The notes under the pieces are model-generated. The model had not been told where the DNA came from. It made no database searches and saw nothing but the letters and a program-made list of their open reading frames with translations. Shown here piece by piece: positions 41,499 to 53,100 of a stretch of 64,000 bases of DNA. Source of the DNA: Podospora anserina (Eukaryota); the NCBI GenBank assembly GCA_017654855.1, contig CM030334.1, positions 1,798,001 to 1,862,000 of the forward strand, read 5' to 3'. Every line of letters starts with the position of its first letter. The stretch's first letter is position 1. Position numbers and translations under genes: made by a program.

Positions 41499-42233
41499 AT
41501 GGCCTCCAAAGACGATTGTACGCACTTCTCCTTTTATTCCCTCTTCCTTTAAGTAACAACGAGTAAGAGGTTCCGCTTTCGGACGCGCATCCTCACCGCG
41601 ACCGCTACTCGGGTCAACCACGTGCACTCCAACGTCCTCCGTCTTCGCCTGCAGGCCAGCTTCCTGCAGTCCATTCTACTAACGGTACTTGGCTATCTAC
41701 CATGCGCAATACAGGCCTGGTTCGAGTCGCTCTTTCCCGAGTGGACTCTTCCTTCGCAGCTTATCCTCAAAAAGCAGAAGAAGAACTGGGAGGAGGAGTT
41801 TGAAGCCGAGAAAGCGGCTTACGCGAAACTGCATCCGTTACAGGGAATTATTGTTCCAAGGCTCTTTGGCGAACTCCACTACGACAACACGCCAGCGCTT
41901 CTCATGTCGTACATTGGTGGTGCATGCCTGGCTGCGCCTGAAGGGGGCATGCTGGAGCTGGACGAGTTCCGCCGCTTGGTCCGCCAGGCGCTTACCGCGC
42001 TTTCTCGCTTCGGGGTGTTGCAGGATGATGCCAAGCTGGATAACTTCCATCTGACTGACGGCAAGGTTATGGTTGTCGACCTTGAGATGATGACCAATGA
42101 AGTCCAGGAACCTCTGACGGACGAGCAGCTCAAGTTTGGCGTTGAGTGTAAGGTGGATGACCTTGCCAAAGGTTATGAAGACACCCAGTATTGCTTTTGG
42201 GAGGACGGGATTCTCTCTGTTGGTGGCGAGTGA
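41499..42233 (+). CDS. Protein-kinase-like (Kdo/WaaP/RIO-like) protein; 5' end unresolved (in-frame TAA at 41550 may be intronic or a mutation)
   Basis: LILKKQK..EFEAEKAAYAKLHPLQGIIVPRLFG, LLMSYIGG, catalytic loop GVLQDDAKLDNF, VVDLE. Confidence 0.75.
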
Positions 42234-44510
42234 ATTGTATGTCGTGCTCGTGGCGCTCATCGTGTATACGCTGCGGGTTATTGTCAACTACCGCAGCTGC
42301 TCGATGGCCGGCTGCGGCTGCGGCATTACAAGTACGGGTTTAAGTGTGAGGAGTGACGGATAATCTGGACCGATGGGATGGAAAGGAGAGGGAGATATTG
42401 CAGTCATGCCGACTTATGAAAGCCTTTGATTTGGCCTCGGATGGGTCGAGACGATGGGGTCCAAGGGCTTCTCTTTAGCTAAGTGCATTCGATTTATGAC
42501 TTTGACAGTTTCCTCGCGGCCGTATTTTTAATGTTAATCAGTTGTCATTGATTTTAACTATATATCACTTGTGGCTCTCATTGTGGGGACTGACACCTTT
42601 GCAGGCTGGAGGATGCTCTTTTTGCCTTGACCAGGGGATGTCCCTGAGGTCAACGAGACGTCCGAGCCTTCTCAGGAAAGCATCGACAAGGTTACTATGC
42701 CTCTACTTGCTCCGGAGGCCCATTTTCAACGGTTTTGCACACGGCAGACGTGTTTGGTGGCGCTTTTTATTGGGGTTGATTAAGGGGGAGAGTTCATCGT
42801 GCCCCCTAGCGTTAGCCACGCCGGACATGTAGACAGTGTATGTTTCATGTGGGATTAATGATAGTATTTACTAGGGCTTCCTTGATCCTGTTGATTATGG
42901 ACGAATCATCGCGCCTTCTATCGTATATAATATCTCTCTTGATACACACTCTGCCGGTGACGGCTATCCTCTATTTATTCCAAACTTATAAGTTGGCGAT
43001 TTCTTCGAGATGGAACAACCCTTTTTTTTTTCTTTTTTTTTTTGGTCCGGTCCTTGGAAGGCGCCAGCCTCAACAAGGGACACCACCCTGATGGAATTGA
43101 TGTACGCTGATGGCTTCATGCAAGAACACTAGATGTAGGAGAGTAGTTTCGGCCCGTATCCCGGTGTTTCAGTCCTTCTAGGGATTGTTGGGATATACAT
43201 TTCATAAATTTTTACGCTCATTTGAGACCCCTTTTCCTTTGTATCTACATGGCCAATAGGCCTCACCCATCATTTGCCCTCATATCTCTGACCCTCAATT
43301 CCTCACATGGGCTATCAAAAGAAGAGGCACTTGGGGTGAAGAAAGAGGCGGAACGAAAGTGAAAGAAGTACACGGATGCACAACAGCATATTATAGAGTA
43401 TCCAGCTGAGGCCGCCCAGGCCGCTCAGGCTGGCGAAGGTCACGCATCGGACAGGGCCGATGAATCCACAATGGAGGTGAGCTGGAGACGTGCCCCTGAG
43501 GCCAACCTGGCGCCCCGGACGGGACAAGAAGACATTCTCAGTTGGGGGGTGTGACAGAGGATGAGCTTCCAGAGCCAATGAGGACCCCTTCAGCTCATGA
43601 CAATCACGGTCAGGACAGCCAAGATCTGACCGAGGAAGATCTCGCGTTTTTGACAGGGCCCATGTTTGTTTGAGACAAGTGGTAGGAGAGGGCCAATGAG
43701 ACATAAAGGGAGCTGATTCATCTGATGACCTACACCGAAAATCCAGGACCTGACAGAGGGGGATTTGAGCTGGGTTCGACAGACCGTATATCCTGCGGGA
43801 GGAGTGGGGGAAGTTGGAATAGGCAAATGGGAGCGCTTCCTCCTTCAATTATGATTCAAACCACCCCGCTTGCTGGGAAAGCTTTGCTGCTGCTATCCCA
43901 TGCAGCGCGAGTGTTTTGCAGGGCATGTTCCCTGTTGTCCCTTCGGGTGTTGAGCATCCCAATGTAGCCTAGCCTCGTCGTCTTACAGCTCAGCGAGCAT
44001 ACACCTTTCACCTCGGAGAGCCGCCGCCCCCCCGTCTGGGGTTGAGCCGACTGTTCAGTCTCAAGTTCACCCGCGTCGGTGGCTGTTATGGGCCAAGGGC
44101 CTTGGGTGGTATAAGGTTAGGGCATGACGCCATCTAAGGGGTTTTGCTTTCCGGGTGGCTTTCCCACGGGCCGGTGCTCCGTCAAGGTTTTCATTCTTTT
44201 CCGCATGTATTTAAGGGAGTCGGCTCCCTTTCAGCGGACCTTCTTTCTTTTCCTCTCTTTGTCAGTCGATTCAACCATGTCTTACAGTTGAGTTCCCATC
44301 GATTGGACAAGCCCCGTATCAGGCGCCTCTCTACCCCTAGAGGTGCTCATACACCTGCCTTGATTCAATCAATCCCGGTGCCATCCCTGCATCAACCTAA
44401 CAAACCCTTACAATAACCGCCCTCTGCGAGGTGTCCCGCTGACTCCCGCCGCAGTCCTAGAACGGCTCCACGCCCTCCCCTCCTGGAAGAAAGAAAGAAC
44501 TCGAACTACG

Positions 44511-44987
44511 ATGGCAGCGGAACAAGCTCGCAACTCCCGGCCGAAGGCCACAAAGATTGACTCTAGCCGAATGTCACTAGAGGAACTGAAGGAAGCAGAG
44601 GAAGTGAAGGAAGCGCTGGCCGCGAAGGAGAAAGAGATGATCGCGCAGGAGGAGGCGATGGATGCAAGAAGAAGGGAGCAAACTGTTTCCGTCAGTGACT
44701 TCCTGAAGGAATTCACTCGATGGAAGGCTGAGAAAGCGGAAGAAGAGGCGGCTGGAGGCAGTGAGGAAGGAGGCCATGAGCAGCGAGCCGGTTGGGACTT
44801 GAGTGACGAACCTGAGATGCCTCGAGAGGGTCATGCGGCGTTGGAGAGGAATCTGCGGGGTGAAGAGGGTGTTGGGCATGCTGTGCGCCGGATGGATCCA
44901 GACGAGGGAGCGGAGGCTGTTGTGCGGAGATTAGATCTCACCAGGTGTAAGTCGTTTTACCTGAGAAGAATTACACTCAGCTTCTGA
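44511..44987 (+). CDS. Unknown Glu/Lys-rich coiled-coil protein, probably spliced at the 3' end (gtaagt ~44947)
   Basis: 158-aa ORF SLEELKEAEEVKEALAAKEKEMIAQEEAMDARRREQ; Cys-rich frame downstream at 45081-45314. Confidence 0.4.
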   Translation: MAAEQARNSRPKATKIDSSRMSLEELKEAEEVKEALAAKEKEMIAQEEAMDARRREQTVSVSDFLKEFTRWKAEKAEEEAAGGSEEGGHEQRAGWDLSDEPEMPREGHAALERNLRGEEGVGHAVRRMDPDEGAEAVVRRLDLTRCKSFYLRRITLSF

Positions 44988-45445
44988 TTTCGAGCAAGGA
45001 AGTTGAACCAATCCGATAGGGTACTCATCCCGAGTTTATGTCTGAGGAGGTCTTTCAAAGGAGGATGGCTGCCCTGAACGATGCTATGGAGTAGGGGAAG
45101 GGGGTTTGCCAAGGACTGTGGGGACTGTGGATGTTTGTATCGTGGGGTCAAGGATGGAAGAGAAGACATTGGGACGGGGCGTTTTGTGTTTGCTGAGTGT
45201 TGTTCACACGTACCAAGGGTTTGTGGGGTCACAGTGGCAGAGATTTTGAGACGAGACTTTTTGTGTCCTAGCCTGGCACCGGAAGTGTGGGATGCTATTT
45301 CTATTGAGGAATAGTTGAGGGGTCTTTTCCTTTGAGAAATTCTAGGGGGGCAATACCTTTTTTCTAGGGGGACATTACCACACATGGGGTTGTATATAGT
45401 CCCTGAGCCTTAGACATCATCAACTACATCAACGCTTACACCTTT

Positions 45446-45531
45446 GCAATTAAAGCCTTGTGATTGAAGCCTTTATAATTAAAGCCTTTGTAATGGAAGC
45501 CTTTGCGGAAGGCCTGGCAATTGAAGCCCTG
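45446..45531. repeat. Degenerate ~15-bp tandem repeat, about 6 units of gcaattgaagccttt
   Basis: gcaattaaagcctt, gtgattgaagccttt, ataattaaagccttt, gtaatggaagccttt, gcggaaggcctg, gcaattgaagccctg. Confidence 0.7.
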
Positions 45532-46701
45532 GGTAAGGTGGTGTGAGGCTGAAGGCTTGCATTGGCGCGTGGGCATCGGGCATCAACACCACGGCAGTAT
45601 ATTAGCCACATCACTTCCAAGCATAAATTTACACTGTAATTTATAAGGTAGAATATTCACCGCGATGTTGATGATAATGGAAATGAATGGGTGGGATGGG
45701 AAAGGTATGTTGAGGTATGGGGGGTAATGGCCCCCCCCCCTAGAATTTCTCTTTCTTTTATACATGTGTCACCTGATTTTGTTGCCGCGATACGCCGACA
45801 CCGGTTTTGAAACTACACGTGGGTCAGTAGCAATCACGGCGTGTCTGAAAATTCCCCCACCGATATGAAATGGTATCTTTCTGATTGGAAAGAGAGAGGG
45901 TCGTATTGGGCAGCGATGTTGATCGGTGTGAGGAGAAGAGGCGTTGTGTTTTGCTGATTAAGCAGAGGCTGTGTAATATATATATATATATATGGTGTAC
46001 AGCATTCTGTATGTGTTGATGGGAATTGACTATAACTTTGCCGTGTCAACAGCACGTTGCTTTTGCCTGTAAGTACCACCTTGTTAACATCGATAGATTG
46101 GGACAGCAGTGGTAAAATTTCATGTCGTGGACCTCAGGATAGCTTGAGCAGCACAGAGGTTTAGGGAGTGGCCATGGGAATGAGAGTGTTACGCAGTTGG
46201 GAGAGGTTCAGAAAAGATTTGGCGTTCGGCGAGGATTGGCAAGTGCCCAGCTGCATGGTTGGTCACAGAAACATCACCGCCAGATTGATCATGGAAGGGG
46301 GTCTTATAGATATCATGCTGATGTAGTAACTCGTATGGATGCGTATGGACGCGAAGGCTCCGCTACAACGTACTGTTCAACTGTGGATAGGGAGCTCTGC
46401 TCCCGGAGGCGCGCTGCCAACTTTTTGGGCCTGACTTTCGAGGCCGCTGGTGATTGCTCTGGCACCCACATACTTTTCTGCTGCTTTATTTTGTCCTGTC
46501 GAATTTTGCTCTCTCTCTCTCTCTCTCTCTCTTCCTCTTCCTTCAGGCCGACCACACTGATCTGGGAGATCTTCACCCATCAATCCGTGTTGGCCATCCT
46601 CCACAGAGCACAAGCAGAAGCCTACTATTCACCCCTCCTTCATCACGATATTTCGTCTCTTGATATCGACTACTCGACTTTCCAAGCAAAAATAGTTCAA
46701 G

Positions 46702-47951
46702 ATGAACCCGGAAGTCCCCAATAACGATTTTCCGGGGTTGAACGACCAGTTGGGGGTTCAGTTCCCCATGGATGAGGCGGCTGGCGATCCCAAGTAAGTC
46801 TTCTACCCTCACTCCATACGATTTCCTTTTTGAAACTCGCGAAGATGAGAAGGTTTTTCTTTCTTAAGCTTCTGTGGTCAAGTGGTCACCCAATCGACTT
46901 TCTCACAGTGTCAATCTGGCAACCTTTCACGCCTCACAATCAAACAATGAGATAAATCGACTTGAGCAAGTAAACTAACATTATTCGACAGTACTATCAA
47001 TGACGGTACATTTCTCACGTTTGGAGACGACGAGGTCCAGCAGGCCAATCACCACGATGCTCCAGTTCAGTAACAGTACTAGAACGACCTTTCCTGATGC
47101 GCAAAATGACTTCAACTTTGCCGCTCCTATACCCGCTGCCATGCCCTTACCCGGAAACAACCCTATCTTCGCTCCGGATGCCGTCTTCGGACAGGCTCCC
47201 GTCTTCAATCAGGCACGCAACCCGGTTGTGAATCAGTTCTTCAACCCAGCCCTGCCCAACTTAGAGCTCGACCCGACCTTCCAGCCCGGTTATCCCTTCA
47301 TTCCCAACCCGGAACTCGCGCCCGGCTTCGTCCCTGTTGCGCCTGTTCTTCACCTTCAACTTCCCCCTGCCTTCAACTTTGACCCGACCCTCGCCTTCAA
47401 CTTTCAGCCTGCGCCTGGCCTCGCCCCAGCTCCTGGCTTCCCGCCCGCTCCTGTGAACGAACCCGCCGCTCATGTTGCGAGCCCTCATCTTCAAGAGCCT
47501 GTCAGTGCCCAATTCCCCGCCGCTATCCAACCACCAGCTCTCAATCAAGAGCCTGCTCAACGCCCAACCTGCCCTTGGAATTCCCGCTCCAGCCCCAGCC
47601 GCTGCTCGCCCAATGCAGAAGAGAAAGAGACTCACGCAGGAAGAGGTTGACAATCTGCCACCTACCGCCAGCGAGCTAGACTATACTGGAAGATGGCCTG
47701 GGCGGCCGCCGCGTCCACGGCGGAAGCGGTGGGGGGACCACCATCTCAGCTTGAAGAGGAAGGCCGGTCAGCCAAGGAGGGAGAGGAAGCAGAATGCCAG
47801 AAGGAACGCTCCGGATGTTGCTCCTGTCGCTGTTCAGGACAATAATGGGGATGAGATTGTGCAGGCAGATGGGGCGCAGAACGAGGCTGAGAATCGGATC
47901 GAGGAGGGGAGTGACGGAGTTGAGCAGCATATCAATGTCATGGTGGTGTAA
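46702..47951 (+). pseudogene. Decayed Pro/Phe/Asn-rich gene with a basic NLS-like patch and acidic tail; intron 46794-46991
   Basis: ATG exon with gtaagt donor and actaac..cag acceptor; internal stops; frameshift near 47570 between ORFs 47000-47650 and 47472-47951. Confidence 0.45.
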
Positions 47952-48297
47952 GACAGTGAGGGGAAGAATGGTTTTTATACAGATAGGGAGTTTTAAGAAC
48001 TCTGTTGGTTGTATTGTATAGTGTAATAACAAGTCTTACTCATATCATTAATGTTCTTGTTTAAAAGGTTAATATATAGAGCCTGACGATACCTTTCACA
48101 ACTTCCATTTTGTGGGCCGAGTCGGATACTATGTTAATAACACCAACGGCTCCCTGCGCAGGAGAGACACAAAATAGCTTCCCTCCTTGTAATCCAAATG
48201 TTGAACTACCCTCAACTTCAATAAGAATCCCACTCGGCCATCCCAACCTACCTTCATTGACCTGTGGTTCAATAATGGGAACTACACGATTAGGAAA

Positions 48298-48585
48298 GTG
48301 GCCCAAGAGGGGCAGAACGAAGTCGAGATTCAGAATGACGGTCAGAACAACGAGGAGGCAGTTCCGTGCTTGGAGGGCAACGATGATGGAGCTGAGATTG
48401 AGAATAACGCCGGGAATCACGAGGAGGCGAATCAAGTGTTCGAAGCCAACGTCGATGGAGTCGCCAATGAGATTGAGAATCATGATATAGGCGAGTATCA
48501 TTGTCCGAACGAGGATAACCGCCAGCTTTTCAATCATGAGGATATCTGGTTGTCGTCGGCCCTGCGTGATTTTGAGGATATCTGA
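48298..48585 (+). pseudogene. Acidic Asn/Glu-rich ORF, probable paralogous remnant of the preceding gene's C-terminus
   Basis: Similar composition; shares a downstream flank with 47941-48050. Confidence 0.35.
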
Positions 48586-48691
48586 CGCCCCTGCATTGCC
48601 ATTAAGGTCTTGGACGGGGGATGATAAGACAGGGTAATGTTGGTGTAAGAGGGAGAGGGCAAGGGTGGATTTTAGGCCGACATAGGTTTTA

Positions 48692-50422
48692 GGTTGGATG
48701 ACAAGGAAGTGGACCACATATGGATGTGGCCCAGGTAGGTTTGAACTACCCAAGCCATCTACCCACATTAAACCCTCCACAACCCTGGACCTCCGAAAGC
48801 CCCCCGATATCAACACACACTTTATATTCCACCCACAGAGACCAAAAATGAAGCTTTTCTTTTGCTTTTTTTTGCTCCAGGTACCCAACAATGGCCAAAT
48901 ATACCGAGGAGGATATTAAAAATGCCCAGAAAGACATTGCCGCTGGTATAAGCCAGCGAAAAGGGTCCAACAAGCACGGGATTCCACGTTCCACCCTGAA
49001 GCACCGCATTGATGGTACCCTACCAAGGAACCTTGCCCATGAAAACCAACAGCGACTTTCTCACGGCCAAGAAGACCTCATTTTTCAATGGATCCTTCGT
49101 CAGGAAAGCCTTGGCTACGCTCCCACCCATACCAATGTAAAAGCTTTAGCGGCCAGTTTACTGGCTAAACAAGGCGATCCCAACCCCCTTAGCAAGCACT
49201 GGGTATCCCACTTCATTGGCCGTTATCCTGATATTAAAACAAAGGTTGGAAAGAAAATTGACTACGCCAGAGTCAACGAAGCCACCCTGGAGAATATCAA
49301 TAAGTTCTTTAACCTGTATTCCACCGTTAACTGGATTAAGCCTAGGCACAGGTATAACCACGATGAGGTAGGTATAATGGAAGGCCAGGGAAAAAACGGC
49401 TTAGTTATTGGGTCTTCGAAGCGGGATAAGAAGTCTATATACGTTAAACAGAACGGAAGAAGGACCTGGACCACTATACTTAAGTGTATCTTATAAGACG
49501 GGAGAGTCCTCCCCCCCGGAGTTATCTTTAAAGGCAAAGACCTTCAAAAGCAATGGTTTAAGGACCAATTAAACAAGGACTGGTATATGGCTGTATCAGA
49601 GAATGGTTGGATCAGCAATAACCTTACTGTTGGTTGGCTTAAAGAGGTTTTTATACCAAGGACTGAACCTAAGGATCCATTAGAACCCCGTCTTCTTATT
49701 TATAATAGCCATGGCTCACATACTACTAATGACTTTATAATCCGGTACTACAGGAGCAACATTATGGCCCATACGTAGGCGCAAACCGCTCTTTTCAAGC
49801 CAGGTGGTAGTCCCTGTGGTGCCGTTGGATCTCTCTTCAAAAACACCTACTTTCCATACCGTGGGGGATTCCCAGGTGGCCAAGAAGGTCAGGGACCTAC
49901 TCAAGAACTATACGCCGGCCGGAAAACGGCTTGCGGCAAGGACTCTCACCAGTACTATACTCACACTGAGATCTGAGGCATCCATCCACAAAGCTGATGC
50001 GGCAAGGCACCAACAGAACGCCCAGAAGGCCCAGGAGGCAAGAAAAAGGCGCAAGTTGAATAGAGAAAACTCGAATTCCAAGTTTGTGAGGCTCTGTGAA
50101 CTGGAAGAGGCCCGCATTGAAGGGAGGGTGGTGGAGGAAGAAGTGGTAGCCAAGGAGGATGTGGAGCAGCCAGAGCCAGCCCAGCCTGTGCGGCGCAGCG
50201 CACGTCATCGGGTTCAAACCAGGCGCAAGCGAGAAGCAGATGCAATGTCTGACTCTGACAGTGATTGAGCTACATTTTGGTATAACTCCCATAGAAATTG
50301 ACCCAATATTAGTCTTGTTGTGGCCAGTGTGATCATTCAGGGGTAATCTCAACAAGGTTGTGTGGCTGGTGTGGTGGTGGTGGACCAGATCCACATGTGG
50401 TCCATTTCCTGGTCATCCAACC
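48692..50422 (+). mobile_element. Fot1/pogo-type Tc1/mariner DNA transposon, RIP-damaged with an internal deletion
   Basis: ~45-bp TIRs ggttggatgacaaggaagtggaccacat / atgtggtccatttcctggtcatccaacc; TA TSD at 48690-91 and 50423-24. Confidence 0.93.
48891..50268 (+). pseudogene. Fot1-like DDE transposase
   Basis: HTH-psq (HGIPRSTL), CENP-B-type HTH, YNHDEVG, VIFKGK, SENGW, YNSHGSH (degenerate DGHGSH); stop at 49494-96; third-Asp region missing. Confidence 0.9.
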
Positions 50423-50799
50423 TACACATCGGTAAATTCTTAGGAGTTTTAGGAACTCTTTTATTAAATGTATTATAGTGTAGCTAACAATGACTTGTAT
50501 CATACCTTTGACGGTATTGTTATTTTAAGACGGTCAACACATGGAACATGACGATACCTTGAGGGCTTGTCTTTAGGTGAGTACTTCAATAATACCAACT
50601 GCTCTCTGAGAAAGGATAGATATAAGATGACTTTCCACCGCCTCGAGAATTGATTGCATCGCCTATCCCTATTTGAAGAGAGCAAACGTCCAGCTCCGAC
50701 ATTCAGACACAAAGACATATTCAAAGTATCTCAAGGTTTGGTTTTGTATAGTTACATTATCATACAAGGTATCAGGAAATGAAAAACCTAGCCGCAAAC

Positions 50800-50950
50800 C
50801 CCCACAAAAACCCATGAAGACCCCATAAAAAAACCGTGAAACCGCCCATAAAAAACTATGGAAACCCCCATAAAAAAACCCAATAAAAGCCCCCCGCCCA
50901 ATAAAAGATCCCCAGTAAAAGCCCTCCTTAAAAGATTCCCATAAAAGCCT
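50800..50950. repeat. Degenerate cccataaaa minisatellite
   Basis: Many imperfect cccataaaa / cccaataaaag units. Confidence 0.55.
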
Positions 50951-51032
50951 CCAGACAACACAAATTCCCCGCCCCTAATAACCCTTTCGCTTTCTTGATC
51001 CTCTTTCTTCCCCCCCCCCCTTTTCAAATACC

Positions 51033-53100
51033 TCAAAGACCATTTTCAGAAAGCCAGTCACCGGGCGCCGCATCTGGAGACCCCGGGATGATGTCAAGGA
51101 TATCCGATAGATTTACCATGTTGTCAAAATCTGGGTCCCAAGGGAGGGAATCCATATGGGCCACTCCGTCTCTCTCCTCTTGTCCCCCGGCTGTATCCTC
51201 GGCTTCCATCTCTCGGCTTCCATCTGGCCTTGAGCCTGTTCGGGGGTGCCGGAGATATCCTTGAGCATATCGTCCATGTTGAGGGGGTTGTCAATGCCCA
51301 AGTTCCAGGGAAGGACATCACTGCCGTTCAGCCCGCCTGCCTCCTGTTCGCCTTCGACGTTGTTGTCGGCTTGGGCTATCTGACCTTGAACCTGGTCGTG
51401 GATTCCGGGGATGCCCTTGAGGATCTCGTCCATGTTAATGTTCTTGAGGATCTCATCCATATTGGTGTGACCTTGCGGATATCGTCCACGTTGACGTCCT
51501 TGAGGATATCCTCCATGTTGATGCCGTTATCAAGGCCAGAGTCCCAACGGGGGCCCACCATCGCCGAGAAATCCGCCAGTCTCCTGTCCGCCCTCGACTC
51601 TGTCTTGTGCTTGGATCTGGCCTTCACCCTGAGCCTGATGCTGGCCTTGATCTTGGTGCTCGACTCTGTTTTCGGCTAGGATCTGACCTTCACCCTGAGC
51701 TTGATCCTGGCCTTGATCTTGTTGCTGGAAGTGGGTGATCGAGGTGATCATCGACGTTGCTCTCGGGCTGCTCTTCGGGCCGGTGCCAGTTCATGCGAGG
51801 GATCATGTGGGAGTGATTCGGATTATGACCATCCCCCATTTCCATCATTCTGCACAGCCTGATCGGGGGCGGCCCTCGCTACACCGTTGTGGCCGTGCGC
51901 ATCGTCGACCGGAGAGGCTGTCGGGTGTTGTTGGGTGTCCTTGGAGCTTCCCTCCGTCTCGCACCCCCTCTCTGTGGCTTCCACACCCCTGCCTTGATCT
52001 GCTTGTTTCGATGGTGGTCCGTGAATGGCCTCCTCTGTTCCCTCGCTTGTTTCTTGCCAGCCTTGATCTCATCCGGGGACATTCCAGTAAAATCCAACTC
52101 GGATGCAATTCCAGGGGACTGTTCGGACTCTTCCTTGGTAAGACGCCGCTTAGTTCCTTTGCGGCTGAGTGGTGCTGATTCGGATCGCGGAGTTGCTCTG
52201 TCGACTGGTGGGGAGCCGTTCTAGGGCTCTCTAGTTATAGCGGTAGTAGGGGAGACAATATTGCGGCCAATGGGTATGTGCTGCGGAATACCTGGGACCA
52301 AACCACCCTGCTGTTGAAGATTGTTTGGAGAAATGGGAGTTGGCTGCGCTGAGTGAAGGTGGGGTCCTCCGCTTGAAACTGATGACCTCGAGCCCTTCGA
52401 GTCGGGTCGGCGTCTGTGGAGGCTGGTGTAGATGTCTTTCTTTTGTTGTTGGGGGGAGAGGTCCCGCAGTAGGACCATTCTATGGCTCTACTGGAGCAAG
52501 GCTCCCACCAGCTGGTTGGACATGGCTGGGCATTGCGGTTGCAACGGTTCGCTGATTCACCGTCTTGGCCTTTTGGGCCCAGTTGTCCCGGTTGTTCCAC
52601 AGGTCGATGAGACCTCGGAAGCCTCTCTTGGTAGCATGGTAAATTAGGCGCTTCAGGTCTCCTTGACGGGGTAAGACGTCATCGCGCTCAGAGATGAAGC
52701 GAATCAAATACGTTTCCGTCTTCAATAGTTCTCCGAAAGAGCGATAGGCCTGTGATGTCGCAGCCTTGTCCTTGTTCGAAAAGTGGTGCTCAGTCCATCT
52801 CTTTTCACAAGTTCTCAACCACTTCTTGTGAGAACATGATTGATCGCCGGAGTTGACAAGTCGTGAAGCCGTCTCCAAGTCGGCGTAATTCTCGGCCTCC
52901 TTCCTCCAGGACTTTGTAAAGATATCCCAGTAGACTTCAGCGGCTCTGTTGCACAGTGGCATTGGTACAAGTGGCAACCCGTCTGTCTTATGCTGAGGGT
53001 TGGTTAAACGCGCAACGGAAGTGCGGATGAGCCTTAGCGCATCGTCGCACAAGAGGAGAGACGGGACGCGGGGAGGACATGAACGTTCTGGTGGCGCCAT
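51033..53100 (-). pseudogene. Large decayed unknown gene with internal repeats
   Basis: ORF 52480-53199 followed by broken frames with a Q/G-rich duplicated unit (51600-51725) and three (L/R)PW-D..DN..NM(D/E)DILKD repeats. Confidence 0.45.

Noticed and set aside
50800..50950. CRISPR-like array
   Set aside because: Eukaryotic DNA; short degenerate repeats with no unique spacers and no cas genes.
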